From the NCBI GenBank assembly GCA_041661605.1, contig JBAZUE010000001.1:786-64785 (forward strand): DNA of 64,000 nucleotides, in the 5' to 3' direction. The notes under the pieces are model-generated. The model searched no databases. It was not told the DNA's origin and saw nothing but the letters and a program-made list of their open reading frames with translations. This DNA is from Candidatus Omnitrophota bacterium. GTDB lineage: Bacteria > Omnitrophota > Gorgyraeia > Gygaellales > Profunditerraquicolaceae. The position numbers were made by a program, and so were the translations under genes. Shown piece after piece: positions 43,702 to 53,027 of the stretch; position 1 is the stretch's first letter, and every line of letters begins with the position of its first letter.

Positions 43702-44554
43702 AAGACGTTTTATCTAACCTTTTGTAAATAAACAAGTTCTGAAACAATTGTTTTATGAACTATGTTTAGAATAAAAAAGTTGTTAGAGTTATCCTTCTTT
43801 TACGTCTCTTGATAGTGAAAGGAGGGCGGAGTATGCCAACTTATACTAGAAAGCATCAGCTGTCTGGTTCTTTTATTTTTCATCTGATTAACAGGGGGAA
43901 TAAAAAAGAAGCGGTTTTTAATGAAACAAGAGAATATCTTTATTTTATAAAATTGCTTAAAGAATACAGGGAAAGATTCAACCTTAAGATTTACCACTGG
44001 GTGCTCATGCCGAATCATTATCACCTTTTGTTAGAGATAGATGAGCCTGAGCGTATATCCAGTTGTATGGCCGGGATCAACCGTGCATATACATGTTATT
44101 ACCATAAGAATTATCTTACTGCTGGATTTTTGTGGCAGGGTAGATTTAAGCTCCAACCAGTACAGAAAGGAGAATATCTGTTTGCTTGCGGCAGATATAT
44201 CGAGAGAAATCCTTTAAGGGCGAATATGGTTTCCCAGGCGCAGGATTACTTTTTTAGCAGCGCACGATTTTATTGTTTGGGGGAACAGGACGGGGTTACT
44301 ACGGAGAGCCCTATCTTTGGTGAATTCGGTCAAGACGTTAGTTTAAGGCGCTTAGTCTACAAGAAGTTTTTGAGCAATTTTGATAATAATGAAGAAGAAA
44401 TATTTCGAACTTTAGATGTTCCATTAGGGGATAAAGAATTTATAAGTAGGATAACAAAAGCCCATGGCAGGTTATTTCCCAAAAGAAGAGGCCGGCCTCG
44501 AGAAAGAATTGTTGCACAACCCGTTGATTATGATAAGATTGCATAAAGCGTCTT
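43702..44554 (+). mobile_element. IS200/RAYT-type single-gene element bounded by short inverted repeats
   Basis: AAGACGTTTTAT (43702-43713) matches the reverse complement of ATAAAGCGTCTT (44543-44554) at 11 of 12 positions. These flank an HUH/Y1 transposase gene. The 12-bp palindrome AAACAATTGTTT sits at 43742-43753. Confidence 0.5.
43833..44546 (+). CDS. HUH-family Y1 transposase (IS200-like / REP-associated tyrosine transposase)
   Basis: It has the HUH motif PNHYHLLL and the catalytic-Tyr region GRYIERNPLRA. I chose the ATG at 43833, behind GAAAGGAGGG, over the track start at 43809. Confidence 0.75.
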   Translation: MPTYTRKHQLSGSFIFHLINRGNKKEAVFNETREYLYFIKLLKEYRERFNLKIYHWVLMPNHYHLLLEIDEPERISSCMAGINRAYTCYYHKNYLTAGFLWQGRFKLQPVQKGEYLFACGRYIERNPLRANMVSQAQDYFFSSARFYCLGEQDGVTTESPIFGEFGQDVSLRRLVYKKFLSNFDNNEEEIFRTLDVPLGDKEFISRITKAHGRLFPKRRGRPRERIVAQPVDYDKIA

Positions 44555-44560
44555 ATTAAT

Positions 44561-45775
44561 ATGGATAATAAAAAAAGAACAGCGTTTCAGCTTATTTTTC
44601 TTTTTGGTTTAGTGAGCCTTTTTGGAGATATGGTCTATGAAGGGGCGCGCAGCGTCAATGGCCCGTACCTTAAGACCCTTGGCGCAAACGCCGCGATAGT
44701 AGGCTTGGTAGCCGGTATTGCCGAATTCCTGGGCTACGCCATACGTTTGTTTTCGGGATATTTTGCAGACAAGACTAAATCATATTGGTTATTTACTTTT
44801 CTTGGATATGGCCTGTTGGTCAGCGTCCCGTTACTTGCTTTAACCGGCATTTGGCAGGTAGCGGTTATTTTTATTATTATTGAGAGATTAGGTAAGGCCT
44901 TGCGCAGCCCGGCAAAGGATACTATTCTTTCCCAGGCCACCAAACAAGTAGGGACAGGCTTTGGTTTTGCTATAGCTGAAGTGCTCGATCAGATCGGCGC
45001 AATCAGCGGACCGCTGATTTTTACCATACTTTTTCTGGTTATCGGTAAAGGGGATAGGGCTCTGCCAGATTATCAGCGAGGATATTCATTACTTTGGGTC
45101 CCCTTGATTTTGGTCATGCTCTGCATAATACTTGCGTATCGGCGTCTGCCTAATCCGGAAACTTTAGAGGTTCCTGCAGCCAAGCCTCAGGAAACAGATA
45201 AGCTAAGTAAAGTTTTCTGGATTTATACAATCTTTACCTTTATTACTACACTTGGTTTTGCTAATTTTGCTTTAATCGGTTATCACTTTAAGGCTAAACA
45301 CGTCTTAAGTGACGCGCAGATACCTTTGTTTTACGCTATAGCCATGGGGGTTGACGCATTGGCAGCTTTGGCTATTGGCAAGGCTTATGATATTTTTAAG
45401 TCCAGGCGCGGCAATGAAAAGGCCGGCCTGGTTACCTTGATCGCTATCCCGGTTTTCTCCTTATTTATACCTGCATTTGTTTTCTCCACAAAGTTTTCAT
45501 TTGCTTTGGCCGGCGCAATAATCTGGGGGATTGTTATGGGCGCTCATGAAACAGTTATGAAATCCGCGATTGCCGACCTGACCCCTTTAAAGAAGAGGGG
45601 TACCGGTTACGGGATATTTAATACCGCTTACGGCCTGGCGATTTTTATCGGCAGCGCATTTACCGGCCTGCTTTATGAACATTCAATATTGGCGGTTATA
45701 ATTATCAGTATTGCAGTGGAGATAGCCGCAATCCCGGTGTTCTTTATTCTGAAAAAAGAAGCCCTGAGAATTTAA
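44561..45775 (+). CDS. MFS transporter
   Basis: This 404-aa protein has ~12 TM helices and the typical MFS N-terminal loop pattern. Confidence 0.7.
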   Translation: MDNKKRTAFQLIFLFGLVSLFGDMVYEGARSVNGPYLKTLGANAAIVGLVAGIAEFLGYAIRLFSGYFADKTKSYWLFTFLGYGLLVSVPLLALTGIWQVAVIFIIIERLGKALRSPAKDTILSQATKQVGTGFGFAIAEVLDQIGAISGPLIFTILFLVIGKGDRALPDYQRGYSLLWVPLILVMLCIILAYRRLPNPETLEVPAAKPQETDKLSKVFWIYTIFTFITTLGFANFALIGYHFKAKHVLSDAQIPLFYAIAMGVDALAALAIGKAYDIFKSRRGNEKAGLVTLIAIPVFSLFIPAFVFSTKFSFALAGAIIWGIVMGAHETVMKSAIADLTPLKKRGTGYGIFNTAYGLAIFIGSAFTGLLYEHSILAVIIISIAVEIAAIPVFFILKKEALRI

Positions 45776-45800
45776 AATAAGATAACGGCAAGGAAGTAAG

Positions 45801-46709
45801 ATGCTGCGTTTGGTATTAATTGTTTTAATTTTAATGAGTAGTTTAAGCTTTTCTGCCTATGCACATCAAGACCCTTTAGCAGAGGAGTGGAATCCGTCTT
45901 CAGCCGGCACGCTCACCACTTGGACAGCCCCGCTTTGCGCTAAAGGAGAGTTTGTAATTCAGCCCTTCATTTTTTATAATAGAACAAGAGGCAGTTTTGA
46001 TTCAGATAGCAAATATCACGGATTAGCTAAGGGTGACAGAAAAGATCAATATCAAGAACAGCTATTTGTGCAATATGGTATTACCGACAGGCTGGAGATT
46101 GATGCCCAGACAGTTTATCAGGAAAATTATATCAGGCAGGATGGTACAAACGCTCATAAAAACGGTTTTGGGGACAGTTATTTGTTTCTGCGTTATTGCG
46201 CCATAGAAGAAAAAGGCTGGCTGCCTCATATAACCGGTTTATTCCAGCTTAAAATTCCTACCGGTAAATATCAGCATTTAAATCCTGATAAATTGGAAAC
46301 CGACTCTATGGGTACCGGTTCCTGGGATCCCGGGTTTGGTTTTAACCTGACTAAAAAGCTTAAGCCGTTTATATTCCATGCTGATACTATCTTTAGTTTT
46401 CCTCAGAAAGTAATGATAGACGGGGTAAAAACAAGATACGCCAGCTATGCTAACTATGATTTTGGGGTAGAATATTTCCTGCCCAAAGGTTTTAATTTGA
46501 TGCTTGAGGCCAATGGGTATGTGCAGGGGGATACTTGGCAGGATGGAGGAAGAAGCGCATCAACGGCGGTAAACTATTTGACCTTAGTTCCCGGTGTAGG
46601 CTGGTCATGCGATAAGGTGCAGTTTTTATTAGCTTATCAGAGGGTAGTCTCGGGGACTAACACAGATGCCAATGATTCGGTAGTATTAACCGGGGTTTAT
46701 ACTTTTTAA
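45801..46709 (+). CDS. Outer-membrane beta-barrel protein (MetA-pathway/transporter-like OMP)
   Basis: It has a signal peptide ending in AYA, an alternating beta-strand pattern, and a terminal VVLTGVYTF with C-terminal Phe. Confidence 0.55.
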   Translation: MLRLVLIVLILMSSLSFSAYAHQDPLAEEWNPSSAGTLTTWTAPLCAKGEFVIQPFIFYNRTRGSFDSDSKYHGLAKGDRKDQYQEQLFVQYGITDRLEIDAQTVYQENYIRQDGTNAHKNGFGDSYLFLRYCAIEEKGWLPHITGLFQLKIPTGKYQHLNPDKLETDSMGTGSWDPGFGFNLTKKLKPFIFHADTIFSFPQKVMIDGVKTRYASYANYDFGVEYFLPKGFNLMLEANGYVQGDTWQDGGRSASTAVNYLTLVPGVGWSCDKVQFLLAYQRVVSGTNTDANDSVVLTGVYTF

Positions 46710-46735
46710 GAAGATAATCGGCGAAAGGAAATAAT

Positions 46736-47422
46736 ATGCATATCCCCGATGGATATTTAGGTCCGGCGACATGCGGTTTATTTTACCTTGTTATGCTGCC
46801 TATATGGACAGCGGCTTCATCTATTGTTAAGAAAACTCTTAATTCCAGACAGGTGCCTTTGCTGGCGGTTGGGGCGGCATTTAGTTTTGTAATCATGATG
46901 TTCAATGTTCCTATCCCGGGCGGCACTACAGGCCATGCGGTAGGCGGTGTGCTTGTGGCAATACTTCTTGGGCCATGGGCTGCATGTATTGCCATTACGG
47001 TAGCGCTTGTGATTCAGTCGTTACTGTTTGGGGACGGAGGGATCACTGCCATAGGCGCAAATTGTTTTAATATGGCGTTTGTGCTTCCTTTTGCCGGATA
47101 TTATATATATAAAGTAATCAGCTGGAAAGCCCCGGTAGATTCGAGGAGAAGGGTTATTGCCGCAGGTATTGCCGGCTATGTCGCACTTAATATCTCCGCC
47201 GGGATAACCGGATTTATGTTTGGTATCCAGCCTCTGTTGTATAAAACCGCAAGCGGTGCGGCCCTGTATTGTCCTTATGGCTTAAACGTTGCTTTGCCTG
47301 CTATGCTGGGAGAACATCTTCTGTTTTTTGGATGGGTAGAGGCAATTGTAACTGCCTTGGTAATAAAATATTTGCAAAAACATGCCCCGGAGCTTTTGGA
47401 AGAGGGGAGGAAAGCCCAATGA
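46736..47422 (+). CDS. cbiM: ECF-type cobalt/nickel transporter substrate component CbiM/NikM
   Basis: It has the canonical N-terminus MHIPDGYL and the GHAVGG motif, with ~6-7 TM helices. Confidence 0.85.
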   Translation: MHIPDGYLGPATCGLFYLVMLPIWTAASSIVKKTLNSRQVPLLAVGAAFSFVIMMFNVPIPGGTTGHAVGGVLVAILLGPWAACIAITVALVIQSLLFGDGGITAIGANCFNMAFVLPFAGYYIYKVISWKAPVDSRRRVIAAGIAGYVALNISAGITGFMFGIQPLLYKTASGAALYCPYGLNVALPAMLGEHLLFFGWVEAIVTALVIKYLQKHAPELLEEGRKAQ

Positions 47423-47745
47423 AGATTATTTCTAAATTCTGGATTTTTATCGGAGTGTTAATTGTTTTATCTCCCTTGGGACTTTTGTTGCCTGAACATT
47501 TTAAGGCAGGCTCAGCCTGGGGGGAGTGGGGAGCTGGTGAGATGCGGCAGTTGGTTGGGTATGTCCCAAAAGGTTTAGAAAAGCTCTCGACTCTTTGGAG
47601 AGCGCCGATCCCTGATTATGCCTTTAACGGCTGGAAAGATCAGTCTTTGCCAGCTTTAAGCCTTGCTTATATTTTTTCAGCTGTTATAGGGATACTTATT
47701 TGCGTTGTCGTGGTGTTTATATTAGGTAAGTTTCTAAAGAAGTAA
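47419..47745 (+). CDS. PDGLE-domain small membrane protein (CbiN/NikL-equivalent accessory subunit)
   Basis: Its ATG overlaps the cbiM stop (ATGA). It has two TM helices flanking a loop with GEWGAGE...PDYAF. The track start at 47269 is an in-frame upstream extension inside cbiM. Confidence 0.6.
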   Translation: MKIISKFWIFIGVLIVLSPLGLLLPEHFKAGSAWGEWGAGEMRQLVGYVPKGLEKLSTLWRAPIPDYAFNGWKDQSLPALSLAYIFSAVIGILICVVVVFILGKFLKK

Positions 47746-47796
47746 GTAATTGTTTCGTAAACCAAAGAGTTTACATTAGTTATATAAAGCGTCTTA
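47746..47796. repeat. 51-nt intergenic element, copy A (paired with 55874-55924)
   Basis: It aligns without gaps to 55874-55924, with 38 of 51 positions identical. The ends GTAATTGTTT and TAAAGCGTCTT are conserved and the 9-nt core is variable. It begins directly after a TAA stop codon. Confidence 0.8.
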
Positions 47797-47805
47797 TGTC
47801 CTTAC

Positions 47806-47834
47806 TTGACATATTGGTTTATTTTTGTTATAAG
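47806..47834 (+). promoter_or_regulatory. Sigma70-type promoter candidate for the gcv-lip operon
   Basis: TTGACA (47806-47811), a 17-nt spacer, then TATAAG (47829-47834). Confidence 0.45.
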
Positions 47835-47895
47835 TATAAAAAGATTTACCCCTCAAAAGTATAATAATTATTTCCCAATTTAGAAAGTTTAAGCG

Positions 47896-49005
47896 ATGGA
47901 TGAAAATTCAGCACTTGCCGAAACCCCCCTTGTTAATAATCATAGAAAATTGACTGCGAAGCTGGCGCCTTTTGGCGGCTGGTTAATGCCTATTCAATAT
48001 AGCGGTATTATCGAAGAACATAACTGGGTACGTAAAAATGCCGGGTTATTCGATATCTGCCATATGGGTGAGTTTATTATCCAGGCGGATTTAACTAAGA
48101 GCAATCTTGGTAATTTAGTGACAGTTAACCTTGAGGGGATGCCGTTTAATTCCTGCCGTTACGGATTTATGCTTAATGAGCAGGGAGGCATTATTGACGA
48201 CCTGCTTGTTTATAGGATCGGCAACTCCGAGTGGATGATCGTAGTTAACGCCGCAACCACCGGCAGGGATTTTGCCCACCTAAAGAAACATTTAACCGGC
48301 ATAAGACTCCTTGAGAATGTTTCTCAATCGCTGGGCAAGCTTGATTTACAGGGCCCGCTTGCCGCAGAGGTATTAGCAGCTCTAACCGGACCGGGTATTA
48401 AGGGTTTGAGATATTACACCTTTGATTATTTTTCAGTATTGGGTGAAGAAATTATTATCAGCCGGACAGGATATACCGGAGAACTGGGGTATGAATTGTA
48501 TATGCCGAATAATAAGATCCCGGAATTATGGGAGAAATTACTTAGTGACCGGCGGGTTAAACCTATAGGCCTTGGGGCGCGCGATACATTGCGCCTGGAG
48601 ATGGGTTACAGCCTTTATGGCCAGGACATAGATGAAAAAACCACTCCATTAGAAGCAGGGCTGGGGTATTTTATAGATTGGGATAAGGAGTTTATTGGAA
48701 AATCCAGCCTTTTAAAACAAAAACAAAACGGGGTTGGCCGCAGGATGATCTGTTTTATCGCTGATTCCCGGCGCTCACCCCGCTATAATTACCGTATAAC
48801 CTATCAAGGCAAGGATGTAGGAGCGGTAACCAGCGGTTCGTTTTCTCCCAGTCTGGGCCTTGGCATCGGGATGGGTTATGCCGGATGTGAAATTCCTTCC
48901 GGAGAAGAAATTACTCTTTGCGAAAACTCAATTGTTATAAATGCGAAAACCACGCGCAAACCTTTCTATAAAAACGGCAGCGCAAAATTAGGAGAAATAA
49001 AATGA
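47896..49005 (+). CDS. gcvT: Glycine cleavage system T protein (aminomethyltransferase)
   Basis: Length, the GcvT pattern (FGGWLMPIQY, FDICHMG, RTGYTGELGYE, RDTLRLE) and the downstream gcvH-gcvP context all fit. Confidence 0.9.
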   Translation: MDENSALAETPLVNNHRKLTAKLAPFGGWLMPIQYSGIIEEHNWVRKNAGLFDICHMGEFIIQADLTKSNLGNLVTVNLEGMPFNSCRYGFMLNEQGGIIDDLLVYRIGNSEWMIVVNAATTGRDFAHLKKHLTGIRLLENVSQSLGKLDLQGPLAAEVLAALTGPGIKGLRYYTFDYFSVLGEEIIISRTGYTGELGYELYMPNNKIPELWEKLLSDRRVKPIGLGARDTLRLEMGYSLYGQDIDEKTTPLEAGLGYFIDWDKEFIGKSSLLKQKQNGVGRRMICFIADSRRSPRYNYRITYQGKDVGAVTSGSFSPSLGLGIGMGYAGCEIPSGEEITLCENSIVINAKTTRKPFYKNGSAKLGEIK

Positions 49006-49391
49006 CCGTACCGGATAACCTTTTATACACTAAAGACCATGAGTGGGCAAAGCTTGAGGGGGATAAGGCAACTATAGGGATAACTGATTTCGCGCAGCAT
49101 TCTCTTGGTGATATTACCTTTATCGATCTGCCAAAACCAGGGGCTCAAGTTAAACAATCCGCCTGGTGCGCGACTGTCGAATCAGTAAAGGCCGCTTCAG
49201 ATGTTTACGCGCCGCTTTCAGGCGAAGTGCTCAAGGCTAACGCGGAATTAACCAGCCATCCGGAGCTGGTGAACAAATCCGCTTATGAGGCAGGGTGGTT
49301 TGCGGTAATTAAAATTGCCGACTTAGAAGAAAAGAAAACACTTATGAATCCTGTCCAATATAAAGAATACATACAAGGTTTATCTAAATGA
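49002..49391 (+). CDS. gcvH: Glycine cleavage system H protein
   Basis: YTKDHEW...GITDFAQ and the lipoyl-lysine motif ESVKAASDVYAPLSGEV are present. Confidence 0.9.
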   Translation: MTVPDNLLYTKDHEWAKLEGDKATIGITDFAQHSLGDITFIDLPKPGAQVKQSAWCATVESVKAASDVYAPLSGEVLKANAELTSHPELVNKSAYEAGWFAVIKIADLEEKKTLMNPVQYKEYIQGLSK

Positions 49392-50725
49392 ACTATATTC
49401 CGCACACAGAATTAGAAAAGAAGGAGATGCTTAAAACTATCGGCGTAGAAAGCGTTGATGATCTTTTTAAGCATATCCCAGCGGAGCTGCGGCCCAAGTC
49501 TTTTAATATCCCGGAAGGTAAATCTGAATTTGAAGTAATGGAGCATTTAAAAATTCTTAGCCGTAAAAACGCTACTAATCTTACGGATTTTGTGGGCGGA
49601 GGTTTTTATGACCACTATATTCCGGCGGCGGTTGACGCATTAGCCGGACGCGCTGAATTTTATACCGCATATACCCCTTATCAGCCTGAATGTTCACAAG
49701 GCTGGCTCCAGGCGATCTATGAATATCAGACGGTGATTTGTGAATTGACCGGTTTGGACGTTTCCAACGCCTCTCTTTATGACGGCGGCACAGCGCTCTA
49801 TGAAGCGGCGATGATGGCGGTAAGGCTGTCCGGAAGAAAAAAAATAATTGTTGATAGCGGGGTAAGTTTAATTTACCGCACCATGCTTTACGCTTATACA
49901 TCCAATCTTTCCATTGAGTTCGTAGAAACTCCGGTAGTGCACGGTCAGGCTTGCCGAGAAGACATTTATAAACATTTGGATGACAAGACCGCGGCAGTGA
50001 TTGTGCAGAACCCTAACTTTTTCGGGGCAGTGGATGATTTCTCCGATATTGTGGAACGCGTGCATAAATGCGGGGCGCTGGCAATCGCTTCAGTTTATCC
50101 GGTTTCTCTGGGCATGCTTAAGAGTCCGGGGGAGATGGGTATTGATATCGCGACCGGGGAGGGCCAGAGTTTAGGCATACCTTTATCTTTTGGCGGTCCG
50201 TATTTAGGTTTTATCGCGGTAAAAAAAGAGCATATGCGCCAGCTGCCCGGCAGGATAGTAGGGGCAACCGTGGATAAAGATAACAAGCGGGGTTTTGTTT
50301 TGACCCTGCAGGCGCGCGAACAGCATATCCGCAGAGAGAGGGCAACCTCAAATATCTGTTCTAACGAGGCGCTTTGCGCATTGCGCGCCTTGATATATAC
50401 TTGCCTTTTGGGTAAGTCCGGTTTTTATGAGCTGGCCAGGTTAAATTATCAGAAGGCGGAGTTTGCCAAGGTAACATTAGATAAAGTCACCGGGGTAAAG
50501 GTTAAGCGCAGCGCGCCGACATTTAATGAATTTACGGTCTGCCTGCCTAAGAATGCCGATGAAGTAGTTTGCAGCTTGATTGATAAGGGGTTTGCCTGCG
50601 GTTTCCCGCTGGGTAGATTTTATAAGGGGTTAGATAATTATCTTTTGGTCGCGGTTACGGAAAAACGCACCAAAGAAGAGATTGTGCAATTTGCCAACAG
50701 CCTGGAGGCGGTGCTATGCAGTTAA
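49388..50725 (+). CDS. gcvPA: Glycine dehydrogenase (decarboxylating) subunit 1
   Basis: It is 445 aa with the pattern TPYQPE.SQG.LQ and RREKATSNICSNEAL-like (RRERATSNICSNEAL). Confidence 0.9.
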   Translation: MNYIPHTELEKKEMLKTIGVESVDDLFKHIPAELRPKSFNIPEGKSEFEVMEHLKILSRKNATNLTDFVGGGFYDHYIPAAVDALAGRAEFYTAYTPYQPECSQGWLQAIYEYQTVICELTGLDVSNASLYDGGTALYEAAMMAVRLSGRKKIIVDSGVSLIYRTMLYAYTSNLSIEFVETPVVHGQACREDIYKHLDDKTAAVIVQNPNFFGAVDDFSDIVERVHKCGALAIASVYPVSLGMLKSPGEMGIDIATGEGQSLGIPLSFGGPYLGFIAVKKEHMRQLPGRIVGATVDKDNKRGFVLTLQAREQHIRRERATSNICSNEALCALRALIYTCLLGKSGFYELARLNYQKAEFAKVTLDKVTGVKVKRSAPTFNEFTVCLPKNADEVVCSLIDKGFACGFPLGRFYKGLDNYLLVAVTEKRTKEEIVQFANSLEAVLCS

Positions 50726-52167
50726 TCTTTGAGAAAAGCCGGCCCGGCCGAAAAGGATTTGCGCTGCCTGAAATAGATGTGCCGATAGCCCCTGGCTTAA
50801 CCGAGAAGTATTGCCGTAAGCAGGCAGCTCCTTTGCCTGAAGTTTCTGAATTAGATGTGGTACGCCATTTTTCTAATTTAAGCCGCCTGAATTTTTCAGT
50901 GGATACAAATTTTTATCCTTTGGGTTCCTGTACTATGAAATACAATCCTAAATTTACCGAGAAAGCCTGCGCGCTGGAGGGTTTTAGCGATCTGCATCCT
51001 TTGTTGCCCCAGCTCCTGGGAGGGGGGATGCTCGCCCAGGGTTCTTTGGAGGTCTTGTATAATACGGAAAGATTGCTCAGCGAGATTACGGGGATGCATG
51101 CTTTTACTACTCAGCCGCTTGCCGGAGCCCACGGTGAGTTAACCGGGGTCATGTTGATTGCCGCATACCATAAGAACAATGGCGAGCGAAGAAAACATAT
51201 AATTATCCCGGATTCTTCACATGGCACTAATCCTGCCAGCGCAGCAATTGCCGGATATAACGTAGTAGTTATCCCGACGGATAAAGATGGTTTCCTGGAT
51301 ATGACCGCATACAAAAAAGCCCTAAGCCGGGAAACCGCGGCAGTTATGCTTACTTGTCCGGATACGCTTGGGTTTTTTAATCCTAAAATAAAAGAGATCG
51401 CGGATTTAGCCCATGGAGCAGGGGCATTGATGTATTATGACGGAGCTAATCTTAACGCGATACTGGGAAAATGCCGTCCGGGAGATATTGGTTTTGATGT
51501 GATACATCTTAACTTGCATAAAACTTTTGCCACTCCGCATGGCGGAGGAGGTCCGGGAGCAGGACCGGTAGGGGTGTGTGAAAAGTTAGCGGATTTCCTT
51601 CCCATATCCAGGGTTATCCGCCGCTCTGACGGGACATTTGCTTTAGATTATCATAAACATAAATCCATCGGCTATATCGCTCCTTTTTATGGGAACTTTG
51701 GCGTGATTTTGAAAGCATACGCGTATATTTTATGTTTAGGCAGGGCCGGGCTTATTGAGGCCAGTGAAAACGCGGTATTAAGCGCGAATTATTGCCTTAG
51801 CCGCCTGAAAGATTATTACGCGCCGGCTTACGGCAAAAGATGCATGCATGAATGTGTTTTGTCTGCGGCCAGTCAGTTAGAGCAGGGGGTGCATGCTTTG
51901 GATATCTCCAAATACCTTATTGATAAAGGATTTCATCCGCCGACGATATATTTCCCTCTAATCGTAAAAGAGGCAATGATGATTGAGCCGACAGAAACCG
52001 AGAGCAAGGAAACGCTTGATGCCTTTATTGATTGTTTGATCGAAGCGGCATTGCTTTCTAAGTCCAATCCTGAGGCTCTGCATTCAGCCCCGCTGTCTAT
52101 GCCGGTTAAGCGGCTTGATGAAACAAAAGCCGCCCGGGAACCAAATTTGCGCTGGCAGCAAAAATAA
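50716..52167 (+). CDS. gcvPB: Glycine dehydrogenase (decarboxylating) subunit 2
   Basis: It is 483 aa and has the PLP-lysine region HLNLHKTFATPHGGGGPG. Confidence 0.9.
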   Translation: MQLIFEKSRPGRKGFALPEIDVPIAPGLTEKYCRKQAAPLPEVSELDVVRHFSNLSRLNFSVDTNFYPLGSCTMKYNPKFTEKACALEGFSDLHPLLPQLLGGGMLAQGSLEVLYNTERLLSEITGMHAFTTQPLAGAHGELTGVMLIAAYHKNNGERRKHIIIPDSSHGTNPASAAIAGYNVVVIPTDKDGFLDMTAYKKALSRETAAVMLTCPDTLGFFNPKIKEIADLAHGAGALMYYDGANLNAILGKCRPGDIGFDVIHLNLHKTFATPHGGGGPGAGPVGVCEKLADFLPISRVIRRSDGTFALDYHKHKSIGYIAPFYGNFGVILKAYAYILCLGRAGLIEASENAVLSANYCLSRLKDYYAPAYGKRCMHECVLSAASQLEQGVHALDISKYLIDKGFHPPTIYFPLIVKEAMMIEPTETESKETLDAFIDCLIEAALLSKSNPEALHSAPLSMPVKRLDETKAAREPNLRWQQK

Positions 52168-52174
52168 GAAAATC

Positions 52175-52900
52175 ATGAAGAGATTCAGGCTTATCCGTTC
52201 AATGCCGGCAAGCGCCGAATATAATATGGCGCTGGATGAGAAAATATTCCATCGTTATATAGAAGATGGTATTCCGGTGCTGCGGATATATGGATGGCAG
52301 GGGCCTTCTTTTACGTATGGGATAGGGCAGAATCCTGAAAGCCAGCTCGACCTGAAATTATGCCAGCGTGACGGCGTGCAGATCGCGCAAAGAATTACCG
52401 GCGGCGGCATACTCTTTCATCATAACGAGATTACTTACAGTATTGTTTGTTCTAAAGAAGATATAGGCGAAGAAAGAAAAGTTTTTGTTTCCTACCGGCA
52501 GATTTGCGCTTTCCTGATTTATTTTTATAAATCCCTTGGTTTAAATGTTTCTTTCGCTCTGGAGGCCGATGATTTTAAAATGAGGAGCCTGCCGCATCAA
52601 TTATGCAGCGCTTCGCATGAAAAATATGATATTGTTATCGGCGGGAGGAAAATTGGAGGCAATGCCCAGAAACGCAGACGCCAGGCTGTATTCCAGCATG
52701 GTTCTATTCCGCTTAGCATTGATTGGGATTTTTTGCGCCGTTATGTACGCTTACTGCCGGATAACATTTCTTTGGGAGCCACGGCATTGGCTGAAGAGTT
52801 GGCTGTCATGCCGGACAGGCATTCCCTGGAGCAGAGGCTCATTGATGCTTTGGCGCATGTGTATGGAGTTAGTTTAGAAGCCTGTAGACAGTGTATGTAA
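52175..52900 (+). CDS. Lipoate-protein ligase A family / octanoyltransferase (LplA/LipM-like catalytic domain)
   Basis: Motifs are RRITGGGILFH-type (QRITGGGILFHH) and GGRKIGGNAQKR. I chose the ATG at 52175 rather than the track start at 52115, which overlaps gcvPB. Confidence 0.7.
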   Translation: MKRFRLIRSMPASAEYNMALDEKIFHRYIEDGIPVLRIYGWQGPSFTYGIGQNPESQLDLKLCQRDGVQIAQRITGGGILFHHNEITYSIVCSKEDIGEERKVFVSYRQICAFLIYFYKSLGLNVSFALEADDFKMRSLPHQLCSASHEKYDIVIGGRKIGGNAQKRRRQAVFQHGSIPLSIDWDFLRRYVRLLPDNISLGATALAEELAVMPDRHSLEQRLIDALAHVYGVSLEACRQCM

Positions 52901-53027
52901 TTCTATGTGTATCATCTACTTATGCAAGAAATACTTTTGATAATGTTTATAGGGCGGTGAATTACGAATGAAAGATTTGTTTTGTAACTGATTATATTGC
53001 AATAGATTATATAGACTGTCTACAGAG

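Noticed and set aside
47835-47895. Glycine riboswitch upstream of gcvT
   Set aside because: The leader between the promoter candidate and the ATG is only ~60 nt and very AT-rich. It lacks the conserved GGAGAG / CACCG / CTCAGGC-type elements, and it is too short for even a singlet aptamer.
52882-53025. 11-bp inverted repeat, CTGTAGACAGT (52882-52892) and ACTGTCTACAG (53015-53025), bracketing the intergenic region upstream of lipA
   Set aside because: My rough estimate (64,000 positions x ~130 partner offsets x 4^-11) gives about two such pairs by chance in this window. Each arm is itself a near-palindrome, and no other copies or supporting features were seen.
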